Shown one piece after another: positions 21,055 through 32,000 of a stretch of 32,000 nt of DNA. The notes below the pieces were generated by a model, which was not told the origin of the DNA, ran no database searches, and saw only the letters and a list, made by a program, of their open reading frames with translations. Position numbers and translations under genes: made by a program. This stretch comes from Mycobacterium leprae TN (GTDB taxonomy: Bacteria; Actinomycetota; Actinomycetes; Mycobacteriales; Mycobacteriaceae), in assembly GCF_000195855.1 (NCBI RefSeq), contig NC_002677.1, positions 1,830,001 to 1,862,000 of the forward strand, written 5' to 3'. The number at the start of each line of letters is the position of its first letter. The first letter of the stretch is position 1.

Positions 21055-21729
21055 TGGACTTAGCCAAACGGAATGAGACCGAACCCGAGTTTGGTTTTAC
21101 CTCCGAGGCTACTTCGGCGCACTTCACTCACACGAATCCGCTAAGTAGAAACGATCGGATCAAATCTTTAGGAAGGTAAACCGATGCAGACTACGGAAAA
21201 GACACCCAGGATGGGTCGCAACGAAATAATCGTCGACTTAGACTGCGGACTATCGTCGGGACTCATTTCGCTCTCACCTCATTCACGGACAAGGCACATG
21301 AAAGGGTATCACGCATTGCACTGTGGAGAGGACGGTCCGACACGAACACCCAAGTACGGCCTCCCTATCGTCAGAGCTTTGGCACCAAACGACATGTACA
21401 GCTCAATGAGAGCCGGAAACAATTTAGGCTCAAACTCCTTAATCTGGGAGGAACTGTCCTGCTCCTGGGCATCGTTCGACGTCAGTGGCCTATATCCGTG
21501 CAGAACCCTCACCTAACGAGGCACTTGCAAAGGTGAGCATGGCGCTCGTTGGGTAAAAATAAAATCAGTCAAGGAGACTGTCAAACAATTGTAACAATTG
21601 AGTCAGTCAACACAAAAAGCCATTCCCAATAGTGCCAGGATACGAAGTCCAGCGAGATGTTCAGCTGGAGCCGGCTCAAGTACACGTGATTGCTCAGTTA
21701 ACAAAGGACGCTGCTGAATTGCCCACCGG

Positions 21730-23562
21730 CTATGACGACTTTCTCTCAGCCACCGCCGCGCTGAGGCCTTCGGTCAGGTCGGCACTGGTCAACTCCTTGA
21801 AGCGTAACAGCTGTTCAGCGCTGAATTGGGTGAGGTCACTGGCCAGTACCGCATCGAGGTCCTCGTCGTCCAGGCGGAAGCTACGGTGGTCGCGGGCCTT
21901 CTCCACTACATTGCGCACAAAGCCGGCATTACCGAGCATGTCGATACCACGAATTAGATCTCCATCTTCAGAATAGGTCTCGTCAAGGTAGAATTTTGTG
22001 TACGACGGCAACAACACCTGTGCCTCTTGCTCAGTGATGACGTCTTCATTCTCCTGGCCCATCAATTGGGTCAGCGCGATCAACTCCTCAGGGGTGTAAC
22101 TGAAAAACTCGATCACCGTCGAAAACCGCCGTCGCAGACCCTGATTCACCTCGAGCATTTTATCCATCGCCTTGGCGTAGCCCGCACCGAACACCACCAG
22201 CTCGTCGCGATGGTTCTCCATATACAGCAGCAGCGTGTTGATAATCGCATTACCGTAGGGGTCTCCTCGGGTATAGCCCTTCTCATGTAGGGTGTGCATT
22301 TCATCGAAGAAGACCGCCCCACCCAACGCACCCTCGAGCATCTCCTCGGTGTTTTTCTCCGCATCAGCCATATGCCGGCCTAACAGCTTGGTGCGGCTTG
22401 TCTCGACTACAAGTGGCTTGCGCAGCACAGTCAACCCACACAGCTGCTTGGTGAAAGCACGTGCTACCGAAGTCTTCCCGGTACCCGGTGGTCCAAGCAA
22501 CAAGGTGTGGCGCGATGTCACCGGTACCGGCAAACCCATTTTGGCACGGGCCAAGTTCACCCTTGTTGTCGACTTGATGAGTTTGATTTCTCGCTTGGCT
22601 TGTTCCATGCCCAGCATCGCGTTGAGTTCGGCATCGCCTTCCGCCAAATACTTTGCGGCTATCCTCGCGTAGCGAGCGGCCTCGGTCTGCGCACGGGTCG
22701 GGGCACTGTCCGGATCCCACGGATCAGTGCGCGCCTCAATTGTTTCCGGATCAGTCAGTGTCAGACGAAAGTTGTTATTATCCAATGCCTCTCGAGCCGG
22801 GGTAAACTTTGCGTCCCGCGAATACACCCGACGCAACAGCTCGACGGCCTCGTCTTCTCGACCAACATGTCGTAAGCACATGCCTTGGGTGTACAAAGCG
22901 ATATTGGCCGCGCGGGGCACGCGGTCACCCTCGATTGCTTCCTTGCCACGCCGGAACGCCTCTTCAAAAACCCCAAGCGATGCCAGCGCAGAAGTAGCCA
23001 TTGCCGCGCCCGCGGCCTTCAGGTCGGGGTGACGCCATTGCTTTCCCTCAGGGAATTGGGTAAGCACATCCGGCCAACGTTTGGTTCGGAAGTACAGCAT
23101 ACCCCGCACATAGTTGACCAGCTCGGTGTCGAAAGGATGCCGTGGCTCGACACTCTCAAGCAGTTTGGCCGCTTCCGCGTAACGTTTCGCCTTGACCAGC
23201 ACGGCGGCATAAGCGCAAGCTAACGACTCCACACTGGTTACCGCTAGTCGTAGAAACAACCCGTCGGACACTTCTGGACGAAACTGCAAATCGGTGACCC
23301 CAAGGCGACGCGTCTCCCAACCGAATGTCCTGATTGAACTCCATGCGCCAGCCAGCACTTCGATGCTCTGATCACCTGCCAGTATTCGCGCCTGCCAGGC
23401 GTCACACATCCCTGGATCAAGCGTGGTGGCCGTCCTGAACATTTGCGACGCAACTTGTGGGTTGTGGCTGGGCTGCAGTCCGTTGACAGAGATCCCTGAT
23501 GCCAGCAGGCCGGCAACCATAGCGTTGCGGGCGTCTTCGGCGGTTGACTGTGGGCGCGTCAT
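21730..23562 (-). CDS. eccA5: ESX-5 type VII secretion AAA+ ATPase EccA5
   Basis: Uninterrupted 610-aa ORF. It has N-terminal TPR-like repeats and a C-terminal CbxX-type AAA+ module with Walker A '[14 protein letters not shown]' and Walker B '[12 protein letters not shown]'. Its ATG overlaps the eccE5 stop as ATGA (23559-23562). Gene order matches Mtb Rv1794-Rv1798. Confidence 0.95.
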   Translation of the reverse strand: MTRPQSTAEDARNAMVAGLLASGISVNGLQPSHNPQVASQMFRTATTLDPGMCDAWQARILAGDQSIEVLAGAWSSIRTFGWETRRLGVTDLQFRPEVSDGLFLRLAVTSVESLACAYAAVLVKAKRYAEAAKLLESVEPRHPFDTELVNYVRGMLYFRTKRWPDVLTQFPEGKQWRHPDLKAAGAAMATSALASLGVFEEAFRRGKEAIEGDRVPRAANIALYTQGMCLRHVGREDEAVELLRRVYSRDAKFTPAREALDNNNFRLTLTDPETIEARTDPWDPDSAPTRAQTEAARYARIAAKYLAEGDAELNAMLGMEQAKREIKLIKSTTRVNLARAKMGLPVPVTSRHTLLLGPPGTGKTSVARAFTKQLCGLTVLRKPLVVETSRTKLLGRHMADAEKNTEEMLEGALGGAVFFDEMHTLHEKGYTRGDPYGNAIINTLLLYMENHRDELVVFGAGYAKAMDKMLEVNQGLRRRFSTVIEFFSYTPEELIALTQLMGQENEDVITEQEAQVLLPSYTKFYLDETYSEDGDLIRGIDMLGNAGFVRNVVEKARDHRSFRLDDEDLDAVLASDLTQFSAEQLLRFKELTSADLTEGLSAAVAERKSS

Positions 23563-24764
23563 TGCCCTGCAAACAAGCTCGCTGAGCCTTCCCGCCCCTG
23601 TCCCACCGGCAGCACCAGCTCATCATGGTCGCTTAACTCTCGGCTAGGCACGACCAATACGGGCCGGGTAGCCGGCGCCGGCAGGCTAGCACGCACCGCA
23701 GCTAACTGACGGCCGGTCAGTTGGTTGAGTCCTCTACATGCCTCCTTGGACAATCGTGTCTCGCTATGATGACGCACCCACGCCGACAGCCGGGTTTGAC
23801 AACTACGACTGGCGAGACGGATCGTGATCACGGTGGCCTTAATGTCGGGGAGGTCAGACAGCCACAGCTCATTCAGTGTTTCGGAATCGATGTCTGACGG
23901 CGTCACCCAGAAACTAGTCGCGAATCCATTGACGTACTTGATATGGCGCCATCCCGGGTAGCTCCACGTTGGCTCCAGATCGGCCAGCACAGCACTGTCA
24001 ACCTCGGCCAGCTCACCAGCGGCCAATGGCCGGGCCGCACAGTTTTGTCCGTCGAGATCTTGGGCAAGTCGCTCAGTAGCTGCCACCAACGTCGAAGCCA
24101 GCGAATCCCGGGCAGCCACCGCGACAACGTTGTGCTGCGGATTCATCCGCAACACCAGCCAGGTACAGCGCTGATAGGTTGGCGGGCAAGCACACACCAG
24201 CCCCCACTCTTCGGACCCCCAGTTGTCGAGTGCTGAAAATTTGGCCGCATTGCCGCCGCGGCGTATCTTCACCGAGACAATGTCGATACTATCGAGGCGG
24301 ATATCGAACTGTCGCAACCCATCGGCAACAGCTTGTACCGGCAAACCTGCCGGCGTTGTTCGATGCCTATGTCGCCCCACTGGGTCGTCTTCGCCATCGT
24401 CCACCGCGATCACCGTGACGAGCCGGCCTTTGTACTCACGCACCCCAACCACGTCGCGTCCGAAGCGGCGCTGATGATCGATCGCGGGCGTACACCCCGC
24501 CGCTAGTGCGGCACGCGGATCGGCAAAACAATCCCATACCCACGTGGCCAAACCGGACATCAGCGTGATTCCATGGTAGCTGACCAACACCAGCACCATG
24601 ACCACGACGGTGATTCCAACACCTACACACCACGCGACATGATGACCGGCCTGCCATAACTCTGGGACATGGCTCGCCAACACGAGGACGACAATAGCGA
24701 CCACAAATACTGTCGTGACACGCGACCACGACAAAGCCAACCCCAACCTGCGCTGAGCCTTCAT
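23559..24764 (-). CDS. eccE5: ESX-5 type VII secretion membrane component EccE5
   Basis: I take the start as the ATG at 24762-24764, '[18 protein letters not shown]', the conserved EccE5 N-terminus. It is preceded by AAGGCGGG, 20 nt after the mycP5 stop. There are two N-terminal TM helices ([15 protein letters not shown]; [21 protein letters not shown]). The track's 470-aa version (to 24971) adds 69 Arg/Ala-rich residues that overlap mycP5. Confidence 0.9.
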   Translation of the reverse strand: MKAQRRLGLALSWSRVTTVFVVAIVVLVLASHVPELWQAGHHVAWCVGVGITVVVMVLVLVSYHGITLMSGLATWVWDCFADPRAALAAGCTPAIDHQRRFGRDVVGVREYKGRLVTVIAVDDGEDDPVGRHRHRTTPAGLPVQAVADGLRQFDIRLDSIDIVSVKIRRGGNAAKFSALDNWGSEEWGLVCACPPTYQRCTWLVLRMNPQHNVVAVAARDSLASTLVAATERLAQDLDGQNCAARPLAAGELAEVDSAVLADLEPTWSYPGWRHIKYVNGFATSFWVTPSDIDSETLNELWLSDLPDIKATVITIRLASRSCQTRLSAWVRHHSETRLSKEACRGLNQLTGRQLAAVRASLPAPATRPVLVVPSRELSDHDELVLPVGQGREGSASLFAGQ

Positions 24765-24784
24765 TATTTTCCCGCCTTGATCGG

Positions 24785-26548
24785 CTACTTTTGCGTTCGC
24801 CGCACCAGCATCGCTGTACCGAACGCCGCAGCGCCTATCAGTACTGCTGTGGTCAGTCCTCCGGCGGCCACCCACACAGGCACCATATCGCGGTGGGCAG
24901 GCAGCTTGGGGAGGTTCAGCGGTGACGACAACTGCGGCGGCGGCTTTGCCGGGCCCTCGGGTACATCCCACGTAAGTGCGGCCAACGGGTCGACAATGCC
25001 ATAGCCGACCTGGTTATCCACACCGCGAGCAGGCGACCTGGCCGTGTGAATCAACCGGTTTATCACCTGGTACGCCGTGAGCTGAGGATATCTCCCGCGC
25101 ACGAGCGCGGCCACCCCTGACACAATCGCGGCCGAAAAACTGGTACCAGTCGGCACCAGCAACGTGTTATCTGGACCGTCAATCGCATTGATCAGGCTAT
25201 CATCACGCGGTGAAAGGCCGATGATGTCGGTTCCCGGAGCCGCGATCGATACCCACGGTCCAGCGATGCTCGTTTGGGTCAACGGCTGGCCATGCGAATC
25301 GACTGCACCGACAGTCAGCACATACTCGCTGAACCAGGAAGGCGTGACCACTGTATTAACGCCGTTCCAGCCGCGGGGGTCATTCGGCTGCAAAGGATCA
25401 AACAGCGGATTCTGCTTGCAGTTCTTCTTGCTGCTGTCGCCAGCAGCGGCAACGATGACAACGTTCTTATCGACCGCCGCATAGCGGACAGCCGCTCCCA
25501 GCGCGCGCTGATCGATAACATTGCGCGCACTCATGCACGTCACCTCGGAGATGTTGATCACTGTGGCGCCCATGTTGGCAGCATGCACTATTGCTCGCGC
25601 CATTGTCTGAATGTAGTGAATTGTTTGCGATGTCTGCGGATCTGCATCGCCGGTGTACAGGTCCTTAAAGCCAAAGGCCTGGCTTGACTGGCGTATTGAG
25701 AGGATGTCAACATCTGAGGCGATCCCTGCATAGGCATCGGGGCGCGACGTAGGAGCTAGCGGGGATGATGGTTGATTCGGCACTGGGGCGCGTGGGCTCG
25801 AGTTGGCTGGGTTGTCGATGGCAATTACCTGTCGGCCGCCCAAGTAGTTGGATATTGTCACGGTGCTACCATCCCACCTGCCTGACGAAGCATGCTGGCC
25901 AGATTGCAGTGGTGGCGGCACACCCGGAGGCGACAGACCCTCTTCCGGGGGCGGCGGGACCGGAATGACCGTGACGGTCTGAGGTAGTGGCGACAAGGTC
26001 ACAGTCTGCGGCGGTGGCGACTTCTCAGTGGTGGGAATAGGGACAGGCTTGCGCGGTGCCGCGGGCACCGGTGCGCCGGTCGCCGGCGCCGCGCCGATCA
26101 TTGACGCCACGATGGTGCCGTGGGCGTCGCAATCTGACAGCCCATCGCCCCCAGCCATCACATAGTCGCCACCGGCGATCAGATGCGGGAGCCTGGGGTG
26201 CGGAGTCACACCGGTATCGATGACGGCTATCTTCTGCCCACCACCACGACCGAATTCCCATGCATCGAACATGTTCAGCATGTCCATATACTTTGGCAGC
26301 AGCCGAAAGTCAGTTTCGGGCAGCACCCCAACCTCGGTGCAGTAAGAGTACTGTTTCATCGGTGTGGCCGGTCCGGGAGGACCGTCTGGCGGCACCGCAC
26401 CTGGATCAATCTTCGGGGGTGAAATCGCATACGCTGGTGGCAGGCCAGCAAATGCTCCCGAGGTAAGTAACGCTAGTGCGACGAACACGCGAGACGAGCA
26501 ACCGCCTCGCGCCCTCTTACTACCGGTACCGGATCGCGGTATAGACAT
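24785..26548 (-). CDS. mycP5: ESX-5 mycosin, membrane-anchored subtilisin-like serine protease MycP5
   Basis: Uninterrupted 587-aa ORF with a signal peptide '..[21 protein letters not shown]'. The catalytic triad contexts are 'IAVIDTGV' (Asp), '[13 protein letters not shown]' (His) and '[15 protein letters not shown]' (Ser). It also has a long Pro-rich insertion and a C-terminal TM anchor '[24 protein letters not shown]'. Confidence 0.95.
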   Translation of the reverse strand: MSIPRSGTGSKRARGGCSSRVFVALALLTSGAFAGLPPAYAISPPKIDPGAVPPDGPPGPATPMKQYSYCTEVGVLPETDFRLLPKYMDMLNMFDAWEFGRGGGQKIAVIDTGVTPHPRLPHLIAGGDYVMAGGDGLSDCDAHGTIVASMIGAAPATGAPVPAAPRKPVPIPTTEKSPPPQTVTLSPLPQTVTVIPVPPPPEEGLSPPGVPPPLQSGQHASSGRWDGSTVTISNYLGGRQVIAIDNPANSSPRAPVPNQPSSPLAPTSRPDAYAGIASDVDILSIRQSSQAFGFKDLYTGDADPQTSQTIHYIQTMARAIVHAANMGATVINISEVTCMSARNVIDQRALGAAVRYAAVDKNVVIVAAAGDSSKKNCKQNPLFDPLQPNDPRGWNGVNTVVTPSWFSEYVLTVGAVDSHGQPLTQTSIAGPWVSIAAPGTDIIGLSPRDDSLINAIDGPDNTLLVPTGTSFSAAIVSGVAALVRGRYPQLTAYQVINRLIHTARSPARGVDNQVGYGIVDPLAALTWDVPEGPAKPPPQLSSPLNLPKLPAHRDMVPVWVAAGGLTTAVLIGAAAFGTAMLVRRTQK

Positions 26549-28031
26549 CCATCAACCACAATGCCAGGGGGAAAATAGGTACCAGGCACAAGTATTCGAT
26601 CCATTCCACAAGCTTGCGGAACAGCGGGCTATAGATCGTGTTAGGCACGACCGCCGCAGCTATCAGCCCTGCAGCAGGCAGCAGAACCAAGATTGCCGCC
26701 CCGATCGATACCGCCAACGGCGACGACAAAACCAGCGCGTACCGCACCACCACCGCAGCAACGATGAGTACCGCAGTCGCAGCCAACGTGATTGCTTGCC
26801 AGCGGTCGACATACGAGCGGCCCCGCAATAGTAGGAAACCGGAGGTAAACCCAGCTAGCAACAGCGGCAGCCAACGCTGCCCGACGTGGGGGTTGCTCAA
26901 TGCGGTAAGTGAAACCACCAGCAACACGCCCAGCCCCAGGAGTAAACCCGATAAATAAGACCGGGCACGTTCGGATTGCAGCAGCACATCGCGCACCGAC
27001 GCCGGCCCCTCCAAGACCGGCGGGCCTCCGTCGGAGCGCACCACCGTGTTAGGCAAATCGGGTCGCGCTTCAAACACCCACCGGCTGGTGGCCGATGGAA
27101 ACACCGGTAGCCGAATGCCGGCCAAACGGCGGGACAGAGCTGGTGCGCAATGGTAGAGCAGCACGCAGGCCAGCATTACGCAGGAAAGCAGCGTCACCGC
27201 GCTGGTCATCGCGACCATCCGTGCCAGGCTCGCGATCGCCACCACCACGGAAATGGTGATCATCGCAGTGTAAATACTGAGTTGACGACCGGTGAATCGC
27301 AAGGCCAACATCGCGGCAATCGCGAACACCCCGAAACCCATCACCGCGTGCGGGGACCCCAACGGACCAGGTGGCGCGGCCGCTGCGGCCGCAGTCACTG
27401 GCGCAATCCCACTCAGCAGCATGATGTCACCGGCGCGTCGATCTTCCCGGGTAGTGGCCCGCATCAGCACCAACGTGGACATCACCAATATCAGCAACGC
27501 AATCACTGTGGCGTAGATGACCGAAAGCCAAAAACCGTGGTGCCAACGCCACCAGACCAACAAAACTGACGAAGCCAACACACCTGTTGCCACCATCAAC
27601 GCGCCGACCTGCACAGCAACGATCGAGTCTATCGCGGCGAACCGCTTGCTGAGATTTGCCGAAACCGCAGTAGAGATATGCTCGATCACCTGCGATCGAC
27701 GCTCGGTGTCGGCGATGAACCGAATCCACAATCGGTCGCCGTCGTAGACATCTTGCTCGGTCAACGACTGGGTGGGCCACAACGGGGTGCCGTCAATCAG
27801 GCACAGTGCCCATCTGCCGCGCCCGGTAGGCTCAAGCGTTCCTTCGCCAAGCTCACACAGTCGACTGTTTATTACTTTGAGCAGTGGGTCGGTCATCACT
27901 GACACCGGGGCGTTGGCATCAAGCAAAACGCTGATCTGGGCCCCCTCGCCAGCCACGATTCCAACTACGACCACTCGGGGTGACGATGTGCCCTCGATGT
28001 CGGTCCGTGGCGCGTCAGCTACCGCCGTCAT
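26520..28031 (-). CDS. eccD5: ESX-5 type VII secretion polytopic membrane component EccD5
   Basis: Uninterrupted 503-aa ORF. A soluble N-terminal domain of about 110 aa (VVVVGIVAGEGAQISVLLDANAPV..., ubiquitin-like in EccD proteins) is followed by about 11 hydrophobic helices. Its 3' end overlaps the mycP5 start by 29 nt. Confidence 0.93.
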   Translation of the reverse strand: MTAVADAPRTDIEGTSSPRVVVVGIVAGEGAQISVLLDANAPVSVMTDPLLKVINSRLCELGEGTLEPTGRGRWALCLIDGTPLWPTQSLTEQDVYDGDRLWIRFIADTERRSQVIEHISTAVSANLSKRFAAIDSIVAVQVGALMVATGVLASSVLLVWWRWHHGFWLSVIYATVIALLILVMSTLVLMRATTREDRRAGDIMLLSGIAPVTAAAAAAPPGPLGSPHAVMGFGVFAIAAMLALRFTGRQLSIYTAMITISVVVAIASLARMVAMTSAVTLLSCVMLACVLLYHCAPALSRRLAGIRLPVFPSATSRWVFEARPDLPNTVVRSDGGPPVLEGPASVRDVLLQSERARSYLSGLLLGLGVLLVVSLTALSNPHVGQRWLPLLLAGFTSGFLLLRGRSYVDRWQAITLAATAVLIVAAVVVRYALVLSSPLAVSIGAAILVLLPAAGLIAAAVVPNTIYSPLFRKLVEWIEYLCLVPIFPLALWLMDVYTAIRYR

Positions 28032-28294
28032 CGTTCTGCACCCCCTGGTGTGGTGAATGTAGTATCCCGCACATCATGGTCGCGCGGGGGTGGCGCACCT
28101 GCACAAGCTAAAGCCCCGTGGCTCCCTGGGAGATGCAGCACGACCAATTCCGAACCCGTTTGCCTCGCGACTAGTGGTTATCGTCACAACACTTTTCGCT
28201 TTGCTGCCGATTATAAGACAGCATGGACGGTTTATATCTTGACCGCATACGTTTAGTCAAACACGACGCAGCATTTTACATTTCGCATTCGACA

Positions 28295-29197
28295 TCAGAC
28301 CCTGCTGTGAGTTTTCCAGTCGCCGTAAGGCAGTGTGTCCAACACAGTCTTCAGACCCAACTGCACTAGTTGTGGGGTAGCCGGGCAGATCGCTAACCAC
28401 GCATCACCCAAACCCGCTGTCCGTGCTTGTTGATAAATCGCAATACGCCCACTGGAACTGTCCTTTAACGATAGCACCGAGGCACTGGGGCCCTTGGCAT
28501 CGTCACGGTATTGACGCGCATACACCGCGGCCTCGGCCGCGGGGTCTGACAGCGCCTGGCCCAGCGCGGCCACCGTGGCGGCGCTGATGCCCATACGCCG
28601 TAGATCCCTGCCGGAGAACACGTTAAAGCCCGCGTCCTGCCACGACTTTGTCGCTTCCAGCATTTCTTCTAGAGGCACGTTGACCGCGTTAATCGCCGCA
28701 GGATCCGCGTGATGAATCGATTCCAAGCCATCCATCACTAGAGAAGTGATCGACGCGCTGTCCGCGATGGCGACGTCGTCAATGGTGATGTCGTTGCCAA
28801 CCCGAACCGCTGACGCCCAGTGCGAGCCACGACGGACCAACACCACCCGGAACTCGTTCTCGGGAATATCGCGCGAACCCGGTGGTTGGTTCTCGTCGTT
28901 GACCGCTCCGTAGAGCAATTTTCCCCGCGACAGCAAAGCGACAACTTCAAGGTCGGGTGCGGCGAACACCCGCATTCGAGTCGCGACATGCTCGTTCACA
29001 TTGCCGTTGACGACGATACCCTGCTCACGCATGACTGCCATCCCGGGATGTTCATGCAGCCAATCGTTGGAGTCGGTCGATACGAACGGCCTGCACCGCA
29101 GCTCCGGCGCGACATGTCGAATGTCCAAGAGCGCCTGGAGCAGCCAGAAACCATCAACGTTGACAGTGATATCGGTACGGGTGCTCTGATGGTCCAT
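28295..29197 (-). CDS. espG5: ESX-5 secretion-associated chaperone EspG5 (PE/PPE-binding)
   Basis: Uninterrupted ORF 'MDHQSTRTDITVNVDGFWLLQALLDIRHVAPELRCRPFVSTDSNDWL...LPYGDWKTHSRV'. It matches Mtb EspG5 (Rv1794) end to end as I recall it. The ATG at 29195-29197 follows a GAGG 7 nt upstream. The track's TTG at 29200 adds one residue. Confidence 0.93.
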   Translation of the reverse strand: MDHQSTRTDITVNVDGFWLLQALLDIRHVAPELRCRPFVSTDSNDWLHEHPGMAVMREQGIVVNGNVNEHVATRMRVFAAPDLEVVALLSRGKLLYGAVNDENQPPGSRDIPENEFRVVLVRRGSHWASAVRVGNDITIDDVAIADSASITSLVMDGLESIHHADPAAINAVNVPLEEMLEATKSWQDAGFNVFSGRDLRRMGISAATVAALGQALSDPAAEAAVYARQYRDDAKGPSASVLSLKDSSSGRIAIYQQARTAGLGDAWLAICPATPQLVQLGLKTVLDTLPYGDWKTHSRV

Positions 29198-29243
29198 CAA
29201 TAACCTCTATGGGGGTCGACATGGTCGGACATTGCAGAACGCA

Positions 29244-29273
29244 GGCAACACACCGACAGTCGGTGTGGCTGCC
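29244..29273 (-). other. GC-rich hairpin between the esxN remnant and espG5; candidate attenuator or RNA-stability element
   Basis: A 7-bp perfect stem CACACCG/CGGTGTG (29249-29255 pairing with 29261-29267) closes a 5-nt loop. It can be extended by GGCA/TGCC (29244-29247 pairing with 29270-29273) across a small internal loop. No U-tract follows on the minus-strand transcript. Confidence 0.25.
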
Positions 29274-29290
29274 ACGCATAAGGACGGGTG

Positions 29291-29398
29291 TTACGCGCAG
29301 TTGACACCAACACCACTATCAGTGCTACCCATGTTGATGCTGATCGTATCCACTCTCTGCCCATGGGCGTCGACATCGCCGAACTGGTAACTGAATCT
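29291..29398 (-). pseudogene. esxN: esxN (ESAT-6-like WXG100) remnant with a large internal in-frame deletion and no start codon
   Basis: It reads 'RFSYQFGDVDAHGQRVDTISINMGSTDSGVGVNCA*'. Mtb EsxN, from memory, is MTINYQFGDVDAHG[AMIRAQ...W-G-G...YEQANAHG]QKVQAAGNNMAQTDSAVGSSWA. The remnant jumps from the first AHG to the residues after the second AHG. It lacks the WxG region and has AGA TTC in place of the ATG. Confidence 0.75.
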
Positions 29399-29689
29399 AT
29401 CTTTTGGTATTCGCCTAACGGCTATGAAGGGTACGCAGCCACGCCTTTCCGCGCTAGTCGCCGAAGGCTTCCTCTTACTGCTTGTATGTTGTTGGTGAAA
29501 TGCCTGACTCATCTGCCCCATTGGGTCGTACAAAGGCACCTGAACAGCCTCACTTCATCATCCCACACCCGCAGTATTGCAGCGAAGACGCCTACATCTT
29601 GCGGGCCTCATCCTTGACCGTATGGGTATGATCCTAAATCAGCTTACCATATCTTGCATAACGGCCAGGTAGGTCATAAAAACATACAT
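29399..29689 (-). pseudogene. esxM: esxM (CFP-10-like WXG100) pseudogene
   Basis: The minus strand reads 'MYVFMTYLAVMQDM..', then after a shift 'GKLI*DHTHTVKDEARKM*ASS', and later 'MGQMSQAFH'. Mtb EsxM, from memory, reads '[38 protein letters not shown]...TMTQMNQAFR'. The Trp of 'RMWAS' is TAG at 29592-29594. The G-W-S-G (WxG) region is garbled and there is at least one further stop and frameshift. Confidence 0.75.
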
Positions 29690-30006
29690 GGTGCCATGTT
29701 GGCTGATGGACGGCGCTGTGGCCGAATCGATTACGAGTCACGCAACCACCGCCCCGAGTAATTTACCGATAGATCCCCTCCTTTGTAGTTTAGTTTCTTT
29801 CAGCCGGCGACCGCCGAGCGTTGTAACACGGTTAAACCGCAGGACGGACCCCGACCGTGGTGTCCGCGTTGACGAAATCCTCGTGGTTCTTCGAGACACG
29901 GTGGCTATCCGCTCATACGGAGCCGAGATTACCAACTGGCTGGGAGGTTGCCATGACGCCTACAGCTTGTGGCTGTCCTGCCCAATCCTCACTTGCCAGC
30001 CGGATT

Positions 30007-30323
30007 AGCCTGCAGCAGCCACATCGGCGGCCTCGGTAGTTGCCGTAAGAGACAGAATTGGTATTAAGTTTTTGTCACAAACTACTCATGAATTTGCTCT
30101 GTCAAAGCATTAACTTCCCGGTCCATCTGGACATGTGCAGAAGAGCACTTTTGTTGCCGGAAAATAAAATTTACAATGGCTTACTACATACACCCAAGCT
30201 AAATTAGGAAAATTGCAAAGTCATATACCATGACCCAAGCAAACCTACCATGCTTTCGGCGCCGAACGTAAACTACCGTCTGGCCTAGCCGAAAAATTCT
30301 GGTATGCCCAAACCAAAATACAA
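30007..30323 (-). pseudogene. PE-family pseudogene (PE19-like position upstream of esxM), strongly AT-enriched
   Basis: The 3' end reads 'IHE*FVTKT*YQ..LSLTATTEAADVAAAG*', compared with the PE consensus 'IHEMFVNTL..SSGSYAATEAANAAAAG*' (stop at 30007-30009). The 5' part reads 'FGLGIPEFFG*' where MSFVTTQPEALA is expected. Several in-frame stops are present. Confidence 0.6.
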
Positions 30324-30606
30324 AAAAACTGCGGCTGGCGCTACTAATTTTCGATGTTGACAATCACTAGACGCTCGTTTTTCCTCAAATCCGTTCGGCG
30401 CTAACCGCGATCTACCATAGCTAATCCTTATCGAACATGCTAGCCACGAGACTCTAAGAGGAAAATAGGATTCGTAAAATAGTTATGCATGATATTCATG
30501 CGGAGCAAACGTTGTTAAATCGCTGTTAAATTTTCGAATAGACTCAACCAGAGCCACCTGCATAAAGCACCTAGCTTCCGTGTAAGCCGATCGGAGGCCA
30601 GTTCAT

Positions 30607-30802
<196 letters not shown>

Positions 30803-31009
30803 CGGTATCCTCCCTCACGCACGTCGGACAGACGCCAAATCCGACCATATTTGGCCAATACGTAGATTATGCGGTTGGGCAAGCAACGCGACGGCAGCTC
30901 GCCACCGCAAACCACTCACCAGCGTTACAAACCAGCAGCCAAGGCAGGACTCCCATACGACAGCATGAAAAAGCGGCCTCTGCTAGCAGAGAACAGACAA
31001 AAGAAAAAC

Positions 31010-32000
<991 letters not shown>

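Noticed and set aside
21640-21730. Intrinsic terminator after eccA5 (TCCAGC...GCTGGA stem)
   Set aside because: The stem is only 6 bp with a 10-nt loop and no U-tract. It is too weak to call.
24765-24971. 69-residue N-terminal extension of eccE5 (the 470-aa ORF in the track)
   Set aside because: The extension overlaps the 3' end of mycP5, is Ala/Arg/Gly-rich and is not part of EccE5 in other mycobacteria as I recall. The conserved N-terminus MKAQRR starts at 24764 and is preceded by an RBS.
26364-27569. Plus-strand ORFs of 155, 106, 139 and 74 aa within eccD5 and the mycP5 start
   Set aside because: All are antisense to strongly supported ESX-5 genes and have biased Arg/Pro/His composition.
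29291-29539. 82-aa ORF as a possible novel small WXG-like secreted protein
   Set aside because: It is a chimera of an out-of-frame esxM tail and the internally deleted esxN remnant. It starts at a GTG without an RBS and lacks the WxG motif and helix-turn-helix length.

Overview
This window reads as Mycobacterium leprae chromosome. Three lines of evidence support that. An RLEP dispersed repeat at about 18.1-18.85 kb carries exact matches to the RLEP diagnostic PCR primer sites as I remember them. The intact proteins are close orthologues of M. tuberculosis (Mtb) proteins. Most of the remaining DNA is decayed pseudogenes.

By my own count, only about one third of the 32 kb lies in uninterrupted genes, in four blocks:
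- thyA-folA at 2.5-3.8 kb (minus strand).
- A dapB operon at 10.0-11.7 kb (minus strand): dapB, a membrane protein and a flavodoxin-like protein. In this sequence dapB carries one 1-nt frameshift.
- ald at 16.97-18.08 kb (plus strand).
- The distal half of the ESX-5 type VII secretion locus at 21.7-29.2 kb (minus strand): espG5-eccD5-mycP5-eccE5-eccA5.

The rest is recognisable gene wreckage:
- hsdM and a YcaQ-like glycosylase.
- A dienelactone hydrolase, two tandem acyl-CoA dehydrogenases, an SDR and a FadD-like ligase.
- A DUF222/HNH (REP13E12-type) gene.
- A phthalate-dioxygenase-reductase-like oxidoreductase and two hydrolase remnants.
- The Lrp-family regulator divergent from ald.
- Three PE and two PPE remnants.
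- esxM, esxN, a small ferredoxin and cyp143.

I found no CRISPR array, tRNA, rRNA, intact mobile element or intact defence system. The only multi-gene system is ESX-5, which is already well described, so I do not claim a novel system.

The observations most worth a second look are:
- ESX-5 core genes are retained while every substrate gene encoded beside them is dead.
- The esxN deletion sits between two short direct repeats.
- RLEP lies exactly at a synteny junction (Rv2780-type flank against Rv1798-type flank).
- The lone frameshift lies inside the otherwise pristine, normally essential dapB.
- The ald regulator is decayed beside an intact ald.
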